Origin: a virus | Lineage: Duplodnaviria; Heunggongvirae; Uroviricota; Caudoviricetes | IMG/VR virus record: IMGVR_UViG_2630968500_000006 | DNA: 8,093 nt | Direction: 5' to 3' (one strand) | In this document: in pieces, positions 7,568 through 8,093 of the stretch | Layout of the letters: every line of letters begins with the position of its first letter | Position numbering within the stretch: the stretch's first letter is position 1 | Position numbers and translations under genes: made by a program | The notes under the pieces: model-generated | The model's database searches: none | The model's input: the letters and a program-made list of their open reading frames with translations, nothing else | What the model was told of the DNA's origin: nothing

Positions 7568-7727
7568 GGCGTACACGCACACCTCTACAATGGTGGGCTG
7601 TATGGGGCTACCTTCGGGTAGGCTGGTTACCTTGGACGCCAGTAAGGCCAACTCCGTACAGTCCACCGCCAGCAAGATTGGTCTCTTCTGCGGTGGTTAC
7701 ATACCAACGTCTAAGGAGGCTGCCAAT

Positions 7728-7949
7728 ATGGCTACTATCCCTACCCCAACTCATCCTGAATTTATCTGGCGCTTTTACTCCTGCCAAAAACGTCACTATC
7801 ACTTCGTTATTGCACCAACAGAAGATGAGGCCCGCTCTCAGCTTCCTGACGCCCCATGTATTTTCTCTGCCCGTTTTTCCACTGATTCACGCAATTCTCT
7901 CAGTTACTGGTGCCTCCCTGTTAACGCTTCTGCTCAGGAGGGACTATGA
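7728..7949 (+). CDS. Hypothetical small protein, 73 aa
   Basis: ATG at 7728 preceded by a consensus Shine-Dalgarno AAGGAGG (7713-7719) with 8-nt spacing. It is the 3' part of the 149-aa track ORF 7500..7949, whose upstream portion spans the terminator and lacks a ribosome-binding site. Product MATIPTPTHPEFIWRFYSCQKRHYHFVIAPTEDEARSQLPDAPCIFSARF... has no motif I recognise. Confidence 0.4.
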   Translation: MATIPTPTHPEFIWRFYSCQKRHYHFVIAPTEDEARSQLPDAPCIFSARFSTDSRNSLSYWCLPVNASAQEGL

Positions 7950-8056
7950 GAACGTCATTAGTCACCCGTGAAGAGATGATCGAGGCAATTGAACAGCACA
8001 CTGCCTGTATCAGTACCAGGGATATACCAGGCGTTATTGCCAACTACTTCATGTGA
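7946..8056 (+). CDS. Hypothetical very small protein, 36 aa, translationally coupled to the preceding ORF
   Basis: ATG 7946-7948 overlaps the upstream stop (ATGA) and is preceded by GGAGGG (7938-7943). Product MRTSLVTREEMIEAIEQHTACISTRDIPGVIANYFM. All three plus-strand frames close between 8054 and 8093. Not in the ORF track, presumably because it falls below the length cutoff. Confidence 0.25.
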   Translation: MRTSLVTREEMIEAIEQHTACISTRDIPGVIANYFM

Positions 8057-8093
8057 CCTGCCCCCACGATTAGATACAACACTCAGTTAGTAA

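Noticed and set aside
7600-7700. Possible tRNA or other structured RNA gene suggested by GGGGCTACC...GGTAGG hairpins
   Set aside because: No T-loop consensus (GTTCRANYC) and no cloverleaf arrangement. Treated only as a possible leader structure.
7415-7802. Minus-strand ORFs 7415..7675 and 7608..7802
   Set aside because: No ribosome-binding sites. They overlap the terminator and hairpin region and the plus-strand small ORF.
7500-7971. Track ORFs 7500..7949 (149 aa) and 7561..7971 (136 aa)
   Set aside because: The 149-aa version begins before the terminator hairpin with an arginine-rich, low-complexity N-terminus and no Shine-Dalgarno. The in-frame ATG at 7728 with AAGGAGG is preferred. The 136-aa ORF is in another frame with a proline/tryptophan-rich product.
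1-8093. CRISPR arrays, rRNA or tRNA genes, integrase or attachment sites
   Set aside because: No direct-repeat/spacer periodicity, no rRNA- or tRNA-like sequence, and no recombinase-like ORF seen in any frame.

Overview
This window reads as a segment of a bacteriophage P1-like element (phage or phage-plasmid), recognised from protein sequences and cis sites I recall, not from any database search. Left to right: (1) the last 37 bp of an IS5-family insertion sequence, followed by a CTAG target site; (2) on the minus strand, a Type I (EcoR124-like, type IC) restriction-modification module with an intact hsdM and an hsdS whose N-terminal half runs straight into the IS end, so it is apparently disrupted; (3) a divergent intergenic region carrying the phd-doc promoter/operator; (4) the phd-doc addiction (toxin-antitoxin) operon; (5) two co-oriented genes of unknown function after doc, one a 347-aa Cys/His-rich protein; (6) a C1-repressor-operator-like 17-mer overlapping a promoter, then lpa (late promoter activator); (7) pacA and pacB (terminase small and large subunits), with the pac site of seven TGATC(A/G) hexamers inside the 5' part of pacA; (8) a second C1-operator-like 17-mer at the 3' end of pacB, a hairpin plus T8 terminator, a hairpin-rich leader and two small translationally coupled ORFs with strong ribosome-binding sites. 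Four gene pairs use ATGA or TAATG stop/start overlaps. No rRNA, tRNA or CRISPR array is visible. I see no clearly novel system; the candidates most worth follow-up are the IS-disrupted R-M module, the uncharacterised post-doc proteins and the region downstream of pacB.
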